Sequence record: LR756504.1
Reading direction: 5' to 3' (one strand)
DNA length: 64,000 bases
In this document: positions 41,304 to 51,037 of the stretch, in pieces
Layout: each line of letters opens with the position of its first letter
How positions within the stretch are numbered: position 1 is the first letter of the stretch
Position numbers and translations under genes: made by a program
Notes under the pieces: generated by a model
What the model saw: only the letters and a program-made list of their open reading frames with translations
Told to the model about the DNA's origin: nothing
Databases searched by the model: none

Positions 41304-41335
41304 CTTGTTTTTATCTTATAAATTTTGTAATTTTG
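41304..41335 (+). promoter_or_regulatory. Bacteroidota-type promoter
   Basis: CTTG - 20 nt - TAATTTTG (41328). Confidence 0.6.
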
Positions 41336-41351
41336 TATAAATATTCAATAT

Positions 41352-42560
41352 ATGTCTAATAACAATAAATTAGTTATAGTTCCTAAAAGAACAAATTATA
41401 GCGTTTATCCTCCAATAACCGCACCAGAAATACCTATTACATTGAATGTGAACCTATTGAAAGACGTACACTCTGTTCAAACGAGTTCATATAAATGTGA
41501 TAGAATGATGCAGTATATTATAGGCTTTTTGAAAAAAAAGAAAAATGTTCATGTTCAAGAGGATGCATATGGTAATATTTATGCAACTAAAGGAAATGCT
41601 GATTTATATCCAGCAATTGTTTCTCACACAGATACAGTTCATAGTATTCATGAACATTTTCAGGTTATGCAGGATGAAAATATTATTTGGGCATTTTCAA
41701 ATGATAAACGAACTCAAGTAGGTGTTGGTGGTGATGACAAAGTGGGTGTGTTCATGTGTCTTTCTATGCTTGAATTACTTCCAAAAGTTAAAATTGCTTT
41801 TTTTAAAGACGAAGAAGTTGGTTGTATTGGTTCAGGTAGAGCTAATATGCAATTTTTTGATGATTGTGGATTTGTTTTGCAATGCGATAGAAAAGGTTCT
41901 GACGACTTCATTTATAATGCGGGTACAGAATTGTATGGTGCTAATTTTGAAAAAGCTGTTGCACCATATTTAGAAAAACATGGGTATAGAGAAACTACGG
42001 GGTTAATGACAGATGTTTTAGAATTGAAGGGAAAAGGATTAGCTGTAGCATGTGCTAATATGTCATGTGGTTATTACTCGCCTCATTCTGATAATGAAGT
42101 TCTTGATTTAAATGCAGTGCAAAAATGCTATAATTTAGTATCCGAATTGATGTTAGATTTCATAGATACTCGTTTTCCACACGATAAAAACAATAAGCAT
42201 AGTAAGGGGGGCTATTCGTACTCATATAGTGGGTACGGGTATGGGCGCGATAATGATGATGATTTTGACAACTACGACTATGGAAGAAGCTCGTATTTTA
42301 GAAATGATAACAGAGAAAATATCGAAGATGACGAAACGGATTTTGATGATATTTATAACAATGGTGGCTTATCTATTAGTGAAGATGATATTTTAGAAAA
42401 TTGGGGACTTACTAAAAAAGAGAATGATTATTATGCAGTAAATGATAAATGTAAGGAGTGTAAAGAAATTCTAGAAGAAGACATTGATGGTATAAAACTT
42501 TGTCCATGTTGTAATTCGTACAAACATATACCAAAAATGTATTTAAGAGATACAATTTAA
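41352..42560 (+). CDS. M28/M20-like zinc peptidase with acidic linker and C-terminal zinc ribbon
   Basis: SHTDTVH, GGDDKVG, DEEVGC.GS, QCDR, TDV, GYY.PH; CKEC...CPCC. Confidence 0.8.
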   Translation: MSNNNKLVIVPKRTNYSVYPPITAPEIPITLNVNLLKDVHSVQTSSYKCDRMMQYIIGFLKKKKNVHVQEDAYGNIYATKGNADLYPAIVSHTDTVHSIHEHFQVMQDENIIWAFSNDKRTQVGVGGDDKVGVFMCLSMLELLPKVKIAFFKDEEVGCIGSGRANMQFFDDCGFVLQCDRKGSDDFIYNAGTELYGANFEKAVAPYLEKHGYRETTGLMTDVLELKGKGLAVACANMSCGYYSPHSDNEVLDLNAVQKCYNLVSELMLDFIDTRFPHDKNNKHSKGGYSYSYSGYGYGRDNDDDFDNYDYGRSSYFRNDNRENIEDDETDFDDIYNNGGLSISEDDILENWGLTKKENDYYAVNDKCKECKEILEEDIDGIKLCPCCNSYKHIPKMYLRDTI

Positions 42561-42565
42561 TTTTT

Positions 42566-42592
42566 AGGGGAGATTTTTTCTCCCCTTTTTTT
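42566..42592 (+). terminator. Intrinsic terminator
   Basis: AGGGGAGA-TTTTT-TCTCCCCT plus T-run. Confidence 0.75.
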
Positions 42593-42612
42593 ATTAAAAA
42601 AGTGCTTCAAAA

Positions 42613-42665
42613 TTTGTATTTTCTACTTTTTTTCTATAACTTTGTAAAATAGATTTTAATATATA
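42613..42665 (+). promoter_or_regulatory. Tandem host-type promoter and late motif
   Basis: TTTG - 20 nt - TAACTTTG (42637), followed by TAATATATA (42657). Confidence 0.6.
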
Positions 42666-42682
42666 AACAAACATAAAAATCA

Positions 42683-44842
42683 ATGGATTTCAAAAAAACT
42701 TTCTTGAAATTTACCCAATGGACTATTCCACACGGATATGAGGAAACTATTACTCACCTTTTACCAAATGGGTTGGAAAAGGATGAAGTTGGTAATTATA
42801 GAATCGTTATTGGCGAAAGTGAAACATTATTTACTTGCCACTTGGATACAGTATCTACTCGTATGAAAATTAATCATATCATACAAGGTGATATCATTAG
42901 AACTGATGGCACAACAATATTAGGTGGTGACAATAAAGCAGGAGTATGTATTTTGATGTATCTAATTGAACAAAATGTTCCTGGTACATATTACTTCTTT
43001 GTGGGTGAAGAAACTGGTTGTATTGGTTCAAGATGGGCTTTAAAAAATGAGCCTGACTATTTTAGAAAGTTTAAGAGAGCTATTGCATTCGACAGGAAAA
43101 AATCGGGTTCAATTATTACAAAACAAAGAGGTAGTATTTGTGCAAGTATAGATTTTGCCGAAGCTCTTTCGAAAGATTATGGTAAAAATGGATTACAATA
43201 TCGTCCTGATGATACAGGGGTTTATACCGACACAGCCGTATTCATGGGTATAATTCCAGAATGTACAAATATTTCAGCAGCAGTTTGGGGTGAACATACT
43301 AGGGATGAATATGTAAATATCAAATTAATTGAACAAATTGCACATGCATCTGCTAAAATTAATTGGGAGAAATTGCCAACAAAACGTACACCAAGAGACG
43401 AAGAAAAAGAGAAAAAGAAAATTACTACTTATGGTAATAATTATGATGAATATGGCAGTGGTCACACACATTATAATAGTAGAAATAAAAGCACGTCTTA
43501 TCAACATAATAATACTTGGCAAAATACAACCAAAAAAGATGATGATGGTATTCCTGTCGATGGTGCTGATTTAACTTTTAATGTTGATAATGTTCCATCT
43601 TTCTTTGAATTAACTAAAATTCAAAGTCATGGTGATACTGATGATAAATCTGAATATTTTGCGGATAAAGAAGGTACAATTTGGATGATCACTATTAATA
43701 GTGATACTGTATCTATTGCAAAAGAATTGCAGAATGGTATGCCAGATATTGTATATCATGAATCATTGAAGTCAAATATTCCAAAAAATTTCAATGAATT
43801 ATGGGAAAGAATTAAAGATGTTGTGTCACTAAAAAGAAAAAAGAAAAAGAAGAAAACTCAAAATGCCGTTATTAAAGAGACTAAGCGTACAGTGACTTTA
43901 ATAGTTCCGCCGTCTGTTTCATTCATTAAGATTCAAGATATTATTAATGATGATAGTAGAATTAAAGCCGTTGAATTAGTAAGAAATGGTAGTGCTGTTA
44001 GCGGAGATAAAAAATATTTTGATATAGCTTTAGTATTTGATAGTAGCAAACCATATGAAGTTGTATCCAATATAGTGGATAGCACTATAGAAAAGTTTAA
44101 AAAACAACTTGGTGCTATTGTTAGTACTAAAGCTGGTACAGTTGTTGGTAAATTTGATAATAGTGGTACTCAAATGAATATGTTTGGTAAACCACTTACT
44201 ATTGATAATATAGTTAAAGTTTTTGATCTTAAAAAAGCAGAAGTTGGTGAAGAAGGTTCTCTAATATTTAAGGAGCGATTTGAAGATAAAGATGGTACTA
44301 TTTATAATATTGAAATTGATGGAAATATTGTAAGCGTATTCTTGATAAGTAGCTCTAATACTAAAGGACAATATAAACTTTTATTTCATGGTGCTGTAAA
44401 ATCGTGGGATGAATTATATGATTCTATTAAAGATAAAGTTGGATTTTCTAAAAAGGATAGTGAACCATTATATAATGAGAAAAATTTTGATAAAGCCTTC
44501 GAACTTGTAAATATTAATTCTGATAGTAAACCAGGTGTTTCTCTTAAAGATTCTTATAGAGATGTTAAGGGTAATGTGTGGACATTTACAATACAAGCTG
44601 ATGGTGATACTACAATTTTCTTAAATAGAAGCAGTATCGCTAGTAGTGGACAAGGATACTTTGTTATCAGAATTAATGGTATTAAATCTTATGATGATTT
44701 TGTTAAGAAAATAAAAGAAAGTGATAGAAGTGTAGATTCATTTGATAAGACGGTATTATTTAATCTTATTGATACTTATAAATTCAAAAAATCTTCTGTA
44801 ATTGATGATGAAGAGGAAGAAGAGGATGACGACGATGAATAA
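42683..44842 (+). CDS. M28/M20-like peptidase paralogue with three ~90-aa repeats and acidic tail
   Basis: N-terminal ~240 aa closely similar to 14724 (MDFKKTF, FTCHLDTV, LGGDNKAG, AFDR, GEHT); three repeats; ends DDEEEEEDDDDE. Confidence 0.82.
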   Translation: MDFKKTFLKFTQWTIPHGYEETITHLLPNGLEKDEVGNYRIVIGESETLFTCHLDTVSTRMKINHIIQGDIIRTDGTTILGGDNKAGVCILMYLIEQNVPGTYYFFVGEETGCIGSRWALKNEPDYFRKFKRAIAFDRKKSGSIITKQRGSICASIDFAEALSKDYGKNGLQYRPDDTGVYTDTAVFMGIIPECTNISAAVWGEHTRDEYVNIKLIEQIAHASAKINWEKLPTKRTPRDEEKEKKKITTYGNNYDEYGSGHTHYNSRNKSTSYQHNNTWQNTTKKDDDGIPVDGADLTFNVDNVPSFFELTKIQSHGDTDDKSEYFADKEGTIWMITINSDTVSIAKELQNGMPDIVYHESLKSNIPKNFNELWERIKDVVSLKRKKKKKKTQNAVIKETKRTVTLIVPPSVSFIKIQDIINDDSRIKAVELVRNGSAVSGDKKYFDIALVFDSSKPYEVVSNIVDSTIEKFKKQLGAIVSTKAGTVVGKFDNSGTQMNMFGKPLTIDNIVKVFDLKKAEVGEEGSLIFKERFEDKDGTIYNIEIDGNIVSVFLISSSNTKGQYKLLFHGAVKSWDELYDSIKDKVGFSKKDSEPLYNEKNFDKAFELVNINSDSKPGVSLKDSYRDVKGNVWTFTIQADGDTTIFLNRSSIASSGQGYFVIRINGIKSYDDFVKKIKESDRSVDSFDKTVLFNLIDTYKFKKSSVIDDEEEEEDDDDE

Positions 44843-44854
44843 AAACTAAAAAGC

Positions 44855-44896
44855 ATAAAAAAAGGGATATATAGAAATATGTATCCCTTTTTTTAT
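44855..44896 (+). terminator. Intrinsic terminator
   Basis: AAAAAAAGGGATA...TATCCCTTTTTTT. Confidence 0.75.
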
Positions 44897-44978
44897 TAAG
44901 TGATGAATAAAAATAGACATTAATATTAAACCAAAGCATATTTATGCATATAATAAATATGAAAAAATAATTTAAAAA

Positions 44979-45284
44979 ATGGAAGTAATAAACAAAAATA
45001 ATTTTGATGAGAAGATTGCGACAGGTGTCGTAGTTGTAGATTTTGCTGCTTCGTGGTGTGGGCCTTGTCTAACGATGCTTCCTATTTTGGAAGAGTTGAA
45101 TAATGATTCAAATGGGCAATATGTTATTCATAAAATAGACGTAGATGCTGATAGAGACATTACAACTAAATATGGTATCAGAAGTATACCAACTATGTTA
45201 TTCTTTAAGGACGGGCATCTAATAACTAAAAAAATTGGTGCTGTATCTAAAACAGAATTATTAAATACTATAAATGGATTATAA
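44979..45284 (+). CDS. trxA: Thioredoxin
   Basis: VVDF.ASWCGPC, IDVD, IRSIPT.LFFKDG. Confidence 0.95.
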   Translation: MEVINKNNFDEKIATGVVVVDFAASWCGPCLTMLPILEELNNDSNGQYVIHKIDVDADRDITTKYGIRSIPTMLFFKDGHLITKKIGAVSKTELLNTINGL

Positions 45285-45288
45285 ACAG

Positions 45289-45316
45289 AAAAAGGGAGCT
45301 ATTAGCTCCCTTTTTT
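45289..45316. terminator. Bidirectional intrinsic terminator
   Basis: AAAAAGGGAGCTA-T-TAGCTCCCTTTTT between convergent genes. Confidence 0.75.
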
Positions 45317-45317
45317 A

Positions 45318-45779
45318 TTATTCGTTAACTTTTGATGAACTACCTTCCCTTTTAAAAATTTCATCTCTTAGGATAGCCGCCATTTCGTATTCTTCTGTTA
45401 TAACTTTCTCATCCATAATAAACTTCAATGCTCTTTTAGGAATTTCGGTTACGTTATTTTGTACGTAATTCGTAATAAATTTTGAAATATTAAAATCGGG
45501 ACTCATTGGAGCAACTACTAAATTTTTAGTTTTAGTTACATTAATCACAAGAAATACATCATCGACATAATCATTTGCAATTTTGAATGTATTTATAGGT
45601 CTAAGAGAGCCGTCTTGTAATTGGGTAACTATTTGTCCTACTTCTTCAACTTTTTCTAGAGTTGTAACTTCTAAAAGAACGTTATCACTGATTTCTTCCT
45701 CGTTTTCATTTAGTTTTTTACCTAAATTATAACGAATAAAAATCTTTTTATTTAAATCATCATTGCTGAATTCCATCAT
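45318..45779 (-). CDS. Hypothetical protein with C-terminal UVR-like motif
   Basis: ITEEYEMAAILRDEI fits the UvrB/UvrC (UVR) motif E.YE.AA.LRD.I. Confidence 0.6.
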   Translation of the reverse strand: MMEFSNDDLNKKIFIRYNLGKKLNENEEEISDNVLLEVTTLEKVEEVGQIVTQLQDGSLRPINTFKIANDYVDDVFLVINVTKTKNLVVAPMSPDFNISKFITNYVQNNVTEIPKRALKFIMDEKVITEEYEMAAILRDEIFKREGSSSKVNE

Positions 45780-45798
45780 GGCGTTACGTAAATAATTT

Positions 45799-45807
45799 TA
45801 ATATATA
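45799..45807 (+). promoter_or_regulatory. Putative late promoter TAATATATA
   Basis: Upstream of leader-bearing gene 45845. Confidence 0.5.
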
Positions 45808-45844
45808 CAAATATAATATAAAAAAGTTTTAAATCCAAGTAATA

Positions 45845-46279
45845 ATGATTAAGAATTTTAACAATTTTATTCAAGAATCTAAAAGCCCTACTAAAATACT
45901 ACAATCATTAACGGATTTAGTACAAAAAAGATTTAAAAATATTGACGAAAATTCACATATTTTCTGTAATATTCTTCATAAGTACTTTAATTTTGATAAA
46001 TTTCTATTTGTCTCTAAATTAGAATTTTCTGATAATGTTAAGGATATTAGACATGTATACGTTTATTTAAATGGTAGATATTTAGATGGTGATGGTTTTC
46101 ATACAAAAACTGATATAATGGATAAATTTAAGATTAGTAATGAAACTTTTAATGATTTAGCTTTTATTTCCGATTTGGGTAAACTTCATGAATATTCTAA
46201 AATTGTTATTACAACTTTATCAGAAAAGCAAACAAAAGAAATAGAACATTTAGTTAAGCAATTTAGTCAGATGTTATAA
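45845..46279 (+). CDS. Hypothetical protein with capsid-targeting-like leader
   Basis: MIKNFNNFIQES; HVYV...YLDGDG. Confidence 0.65.
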   Translation: MIKNFNNFIQESKSPTKILQSLTDLVQKRFKNIDENSHIFCNILHKYFNFDKFLFVSKLEFSDNVKDIRHVYVYLNGRYLDGDGFHTKTDIMDKFKISNETFNDLAFISDLGKLHEYSKIVITTLSEKQTKEIEHLVKQFSQML

Positions 46280-46317
46280 TAAACATTATAGAAATATTAG
46301 CTATAATAACTGTAAAA

Positions 46318-47160
46318 ATGTTATTTAAATCTATGAATAAAGCTGATAAGTACTATATTGAAAATCTGAATAAAATTCTTACAGAAGGTTGTAAAGATGA
46401 AAACCCAAGACCTAAATATAAAGATGGTGTTTCCGCACACTCTTATTTTATAACACAAGTATTTGAAGAGTATGATATTAGTAAAGGTGAGTTTCCGATA
46501 ACCACTTTAAGAAATACTGCCACTAAAATGGGTATACAAGAAATATTATGGATATATCAAGATCAAAATTCATCACTTGAATCTGCTCATAATAGAGGAA
46601 TTATGTGGTGGGATGAATGGAATATTGGTGATGGAACTATAGGACAAAGATATGGTGCTACTGTTGGTAAGTGGAAATTAATGGATAATTTATTATATGG
46701 ATTAGAACATGATCCATTTAGTAGAAGACATGTAATTAATTTATTACAAGAAGGTGATTTAAAAGAAACTAAAGGTTTATATCCGTGTGCGTTTGAAACT
46801 ATATGGTCTGTTAGAAAAGTGAATGATATTTTATATTTAGATATGACATTAAATCAAAGATCGAATGATTATATTATGGCTGGATATATTAACAAGATTC
46901 AATATGTAGCTTTACAGATGATGGTAGCTTCCCATTTAGGATATAATATTGGTAAGTTTTGTCATTTTGTACAAAATCTTCATATTTATGATAGACATAT
47001 TGATGCAGCTAAAGAAATATTAAATAGAACACCATTAAATATTATTCCTATGCTTGAATTGACATCTAAGAAATTCTATGATATTACACTAAGTGATTTT
47101 ATAATAACAAACACTACAGGTATAAAAAAATTAACATCTACATTGGAGATTGCTATATAA
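46318..47160 (+). CDS. thyA: Thymidylate synthase
   Basis: SRRH, LYPC (catalytic Cys), QRSND, N...Y, HIYDRH. Confidence 0.9.
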   Translation: MLFKSMNKADKYYIENLNKILTEGCKDENPRPKYKDGVSAHSYFITQVFEEYDISKGEFPITTLRNTATKMGIQEILWIYQDQNSSLESAHNRGIMWWDEWNIGDGTIGQRYGATVGKWKLMDNLLYGLEHDPFSRRHVINLLQEGDLKETKGLYPCAFETIWSVRKVNDILYLDMTLNQRSNDYIMAGYINKIQYVALQMMVASHLGYNIGKFCHFVQNLHIYDRHIDAAKEILNRTPLNIIPMLELTSKKFYDITLSDFIITNTTGIKKLTSTLEIAI

Positions 47161-47163
47161 AAT

Positions 47164-47559
47164 ATGAATAAAATACAAAAAGAATTTATAGCTTATATTG
47201 AAATGTTATGTACGACATATCTTAGATGTGATAAGATAGATAAACTTGATAGTGATGAAAGTTTTACTAATGAATTGTTTATAATATCTGCTGCAAGTGT
47301 CAGTGTTATATTGTCGGATTCGATTTCTTTTACTTGGGTATCTATGTCATCTGAAGTTAATACTACTGAAGTTATAAATAATGATGGTAGACCTTATACA
47401 ACAGGTTTTATTTTATTTGATAAATTTAAACTTCATATAATGGTTGATCCAAAAATGAGATTTACATATCTTAGATTTTGGATAACTCGTGATGTAGAAT
47501 TAACATATACAAAAGATAGTTATAAAATGCCAGAAAGATTTGAAGTATTATTTTTCTAA
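47164..47559 (+). CDS. Hypothetical protein
   Basis: 131-aa ORF starting 3 nt after thyA. Confidence 0.6.
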   Translation: MNKIQKEFIAYIEMLCTTYLRCDKIDKLDSDESFTNELFIISAASVSVILSDSISFTWVSMSSEVNTTEVINNDGRPYTTGFILFDKFKLHIMVDPKMRFTYLRFWITRDVELTYTKDSYKMPERFEVLFF

Positions 47560-47561
47560 AT

Positions 47562-47593
47562 AAAAAAGGGGATTATAACAATCCCCTTTTTTT
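47562..47593. terminator. Bidirectional intrinsic terminator
   Basis: AAAAAAGGGGATT-ATAAC-AATCCCCTTTTTT; overlaps the stop of 47573. Confidence 0.75.
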
Positions 47594-48319
47594 ATATGCT
47601 TCTCTTTCGTTCCAAGATAATTGATTTCTCCCACGTTCATCAGCATAAAGGATTCTAACTAAATCTGATTGCCAATAATCTTTAGTGTCAATATCAATTA
47701 TAGTTAAATATCCTTCAAATGCAGCAGCAGTATCAATTGCCCAAACATTGTGTAGATTTACAGGTTCATATGTTCCTTTTATTATATTTGATGTAGGTGT
47801 ATGTCCAATATATATTTCATCAAATCCTCTAATTGCTCTATTTATTTGTTTACAATATTTAGGAAATGACATATTCCAAATAAAATTGTCTAACGTGTGA
47901 TGTTCTAATGATAAATCTTCTACTATTCCAGCATGTACAAATAGTTTGTTATCATCTGTTAAATAATATCCTTTAGCATTATTTTTCATAAAGTCATAAT
48001 GCTCTTTAGGAATAATTTTATTTGGGTATGACATTAATGCCTCTTCACCACCATGCATTAACCAACATGATAATTCATTAAATTCTAATTTTTCTTCGTA
48101 GTATCTAATAAACCAATCATCATGATTACCCATTAACAATTGGAGATTTTTTATAGACATTAATAAATCAATTGACTCTTTCGTTTCTGACCAACCGTCT
48201 ACAATATCGCCGCCATATATAAGCAAATCATTATCATAGTCAAAATTAACTTTGTCTAAACATTGCTTTAAAGCTCTGTAACTACCATGCGCATCAGTCG
48301 TAAAAAATCTCCTTCTCAT
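47573..48319 (-). CDS. Calcineurin-like metallophosphoesterase (lambda-phosphatase-like)
   Basis: DAHG, GDIVDG, GNHD, HAG, GHTP, DT.A. Confidence 0.88.
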   Translation of the reverse strand: MRRRFFTTDAHGSYRALKQCLDKVNFDYDNDLLIYGGDIVDGWSETKESIDLLMSIKNLQLLMGNHDDWFIRYYEEKLEFNELSCWLMHGGEEALMSYPNKIIPKEHYDFMKNNAKGYYLTDDNKLFVHAGIVEDLSLEHHTLDNFIWNMSFPKYCKQINRAIRGFDEIYIGHTPTSNIIKGTYEPVNLHNVWAIDTAAAFEGYLTIIDIDTKDYWQSDLVRILYADERGRNQLSWNEREAYKKRGLL

Positions 48320-48887
48320 TATTTTTAATTAGTTTTTTATTTAAAGCCTTTAAGCTTGTTATTTTATCAATAAATTCTTCTCTTGCAGGATCTAATTTAT
48401 TGATTCTATTTTCATACCAATGTTTTAATCTATAAAATTCGTCAATTTTTGTAACCTTACATTGTCCATAAATTTGTATTATTGCACCATTAATACAAGA
48501 TTTACCAAAAATGCTCCTCCATACAATATTATCCATTTCGTATGTATTACCATGAGATGCTTTATTAAATTTAGAATCAATATATTGTGATTGTGATAAT
48601 TTCAATTTAAATGAAATTATTGCTAAATCGTATTCAACTGTTCTATAGTCTTCTACGCTTAATTTATCAAAAGTTTTATTCGGTGGACAAATTTCGTGTT
48701 CATTTTTAGATGTAAAAGCTAATGCTGAAATTCCTATATTAATACCAAATATGAAATCTGTTATAAGTGCGAATTCTATATCAGATATTGGTTTGGGAAT
48801 ATCCAAATAATAATCATCATCTGATTTTGATTTATATAGCAAATTTTTGTATAATTCGACACATATGCCTATATCATTATATCTCAT
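48294..48887 (-). CDS. Hypothetical protein
   Basis: 197-aa ORF; TATATTTG element just upstream. Confidence 0.6.
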   Translation of the reverse strand: MRYNDIGICVELYKNLLYKSKSDDDYYLDIPKPISDIEFALITDFIFGINIGISALAFTSKNEHEICPPNKTFDKLSVEDYRTVEYDLAIISFKLKLSQSQYIDSKFNKASHGNTYEMDNIVWRSIFGKSCINGAIIQIYGQCKVTKIDEFYRLKHWYENRINKLDPAREEFIDKITSLKALNKKLIKNNEKEIFYD

Positions 48888-48925
48888 AAACCAAATATAA
48901 TTAAAAATTTAACCAAATACTATTT

Positions 48926-48934
48926 TAATATATA
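48926..48934 (+). promoter_or_regulatory. Putative late promoter TAATATATA
   Basis: ~19 nt before the GTG start at 48954. Confidence 0.55.
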
Positions 48935-48953
48935 ACGAAAACAATTTGTTTTT

Positions 48954-50984
48954 GTGATATATTTAAAGAGATTTTTACAATATGATGCAATATTAGAAAG
49001 CTTATTACTTGAAAAAGTACTATATTTTGGTGAAAAAATGAGAGATGTACTTAAAAATATGAAGCATCCATATGCAAAGTATATGGTAAATATGGATCAT
49101 GGTGATAATTTAGAAGATACTGATAATTCTTATATTGAATATAGTCCTAAATTGGGTATGGTTTCTTGGCTTCCTGCTAATAGAGAAATAGATTTCCAAA
49201 CTAAACAAGAATTACCTGAAACTGAAAAGTGGGCCACTAAAAAAAGACAAGATGTTTCTATAGGTAAAATTGTTTCTGCTATATTGAAAAAATCACCATA
49301 TGTCAATATATCTGAATCTGAATCTGAATTAGAAAAGTTTATTAACGAATATAAAGCTATACAAAATACAGGTAGTTTTAAATTAGTTAAAGGTTATGAT
49401 GTAAAGAAATATTATTTTGAAGGTAATTATGATCATGAGTCGGATGAAAGTTCACATTCTTCATTGTTNNNNNNNNNNNNNNNNNNNNNNNGTTGTCAAG
49501 AGTATTTTAGTGTCTATATTAAAAATCCTAATGTATCATTATGTATTTTATTGACAGATGATGATAAGATACAGGGTAGAGCTATAGTATGGTATAATTC
49601 TACTATAGATGGTAAACCAGAAGTTTATATGGATAGAATATATGCGGTTAGTGATTCTATCACCGATAAATTTAAATCATATGCACATTCTAACGGTTGG
49701 TATTGTAAAACAAAACAAGGATCAGAATATTATGTTGTGAGCAATGGTAAGTTGGTAATAGAACATCCTAATATAAAAGTTATATTACCTGATGGTGATT
49801 GGGAAACTTGGGAAAAACCATATATGGACTCATTGAGATATTTTTCATATGATGTTATTGATGGTAAATATATTCCAGTTTTATTTAATTATTTCATGCA
49901 AAATGCTTCAAACTGGAAACAAAAATGGGACGAAACAAATGGATTTTTTATTTCCAATAGATATTATGTTGATACACTTAAAGAAGTTAGAGATTTATCA
50001 TCCAATACAGGATTAGATTTTAATAATTTATTATTAGCAAATCCTACTAAAATAAATGGAAATCCTGAGATATGGAAAGTAGATGATAAAAATGTTTTAG
50101 TTATGAATTACTATTCAACTATTATATCAAGTGTGATAAGAAATGAAAGCGAAGAAGATATAATGAAATTAAAACCATTTATTTCGAATTATGAAACGCA
50201 CGAACTTGTTAGAAAAATTGGTTCAAAAGTTTTATGTGAAGAATATCGCTCTGATATAATGATGGATATGCTAGAAAATACTAATGTTTATATTAAGGGA
50301 ATTGATAGTTCTGAAATAAGAAACTTCATTCAAAAGATATTAGGTGTGCAAATAATGTCTAAAGAAATTAATGAAAATTTTTCTAAGGTTAGAGAATTTA
50401 TAATTGTGTTAAGGCCTATAACATTTGGTATAATTTTAAATGATAATTTTGAATTAAATATTAATATAGATGGTGATATTAATGCTTTGGAAAATGAATA
50501 TTACACAAAGCTTAAAGATGATGAAAAAAGTAAACGCTATTTAATTTCTATTATTGAAAATGAATATAATATTGGTGGAGAAAGTGCAGTTATAAAAATG
50601 TGTAAAGAATATATTAGAACAGTTGTTTTACAAGATAAAGATGTAATTGAAATGTATAACGAATATATAGCAAATAGTCGTCAAGTAAAAATGAATTTTA
50701 TAGGAAAATATTTCAATGAATTTGTACAAAGTGTTAATACTACATATTTGCTTAACATAATAAAAGAAAATACGGAAAAAATCAGAGAATTTGCTATAAA
50801 AAATATTTTAACTAATAATCCATCTTTTGCAATTAATGAAATATTAGAATCTAATACAGAATTCGGAAAAAATACTAGAATTTCATATGTTCAAAAATGG
50901 CTTAGATTAAATTTTCCTAATGTAGAAGTCAAAGCTGAAATTCGTGGTGATAAATTTTGTTATATTGTGGACAAATTTCCTTAA
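48954..50984 (+). CDS. SCM/GRAIVW/DRIY family paralogue 4 (23-N gap over the SCM motif)
   Basis: GRAIVW, YMDRIY, GWYCK, KPYMDSL; leader MIYLKRFLQYDAILESLLLE. Confidence 0.82.
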   Translation: MIYLKRFLQYDAILESLLLEKVLYFGEKMRDVLKNMKHPYAKYMVNMDHGDNLEDTDNSYIEYSPKLGMVSWLPANREIDFQTKQELPETEKWATKKRQDVSIGKIVSAILKKSPYVNISESESELEKFINEYKAIQNTGSFKLVKGYDVKKYYFEGNYDHESDESSHSSLXXXXXXXXXCQEYFSVYIKNPNVSLCILLTDDDKIQGRAIVWYNSTIDGKPEVYMDRIYAVSDSITDKFKSYAHSNGWYCKTKQGSEYYVVSNGKLVIEHPNIKVILPDGDWETWEKPYMDSLRYFSYDVIDGKYIPVLFNYFMQNASNWKQKWDETNGFFISNRYYVDTLKEVRDLSSNTGLDFNNLLLANPTKINGNPEIWKVDDKNVLVMNYYSTIISSVIRNESEEDIMKLKPFISNYETHELVRKIGSKVLCEEYRSDIMMDMLENTNVYIKGIDSSEIRNFIQKILGVQIMSKEINENFSKVREFIIVLRPITFGIILNDNFELNINIDGDINALENEYYTKLKDDEKSKRYLISIIENEYNIGGESAVIKMCKEYIRTVVLQDKDVIEMYNEYIANSRQVKMNFIGKYFNEFVQSVNTTYLLNIIKENTEKIREFAIKNILTNNPSFAINEILESNTEFGKNTRISYVQKWLRLNFPNVEVKAEIRGDKFCYIVDKFP

Positions 50985-51037
50985 ATTGTGAATTTATTCA
51001 ATTTATCTTACATAAGATGTATTTTTTTTAATGATAT

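Noticed and set aside
4197-45468. Short nested or antisense ORFs (e.g. 4197, 5590, 9306, 9538, 10492, 15256, 17131, 17662, 18208, 20260, 20734, 21776, 24931, 30384, 31958, 33648, 35939, 39267-40471 group, 41714, 41722, 43325, 43329, 45274)
   Set aside because: They lie fully within or opposite well-supported genes, have no motifs and show shadow-frame composition. The same applies to 47685, 52020, 55520, 57415, 60865, 61632 and 62292.
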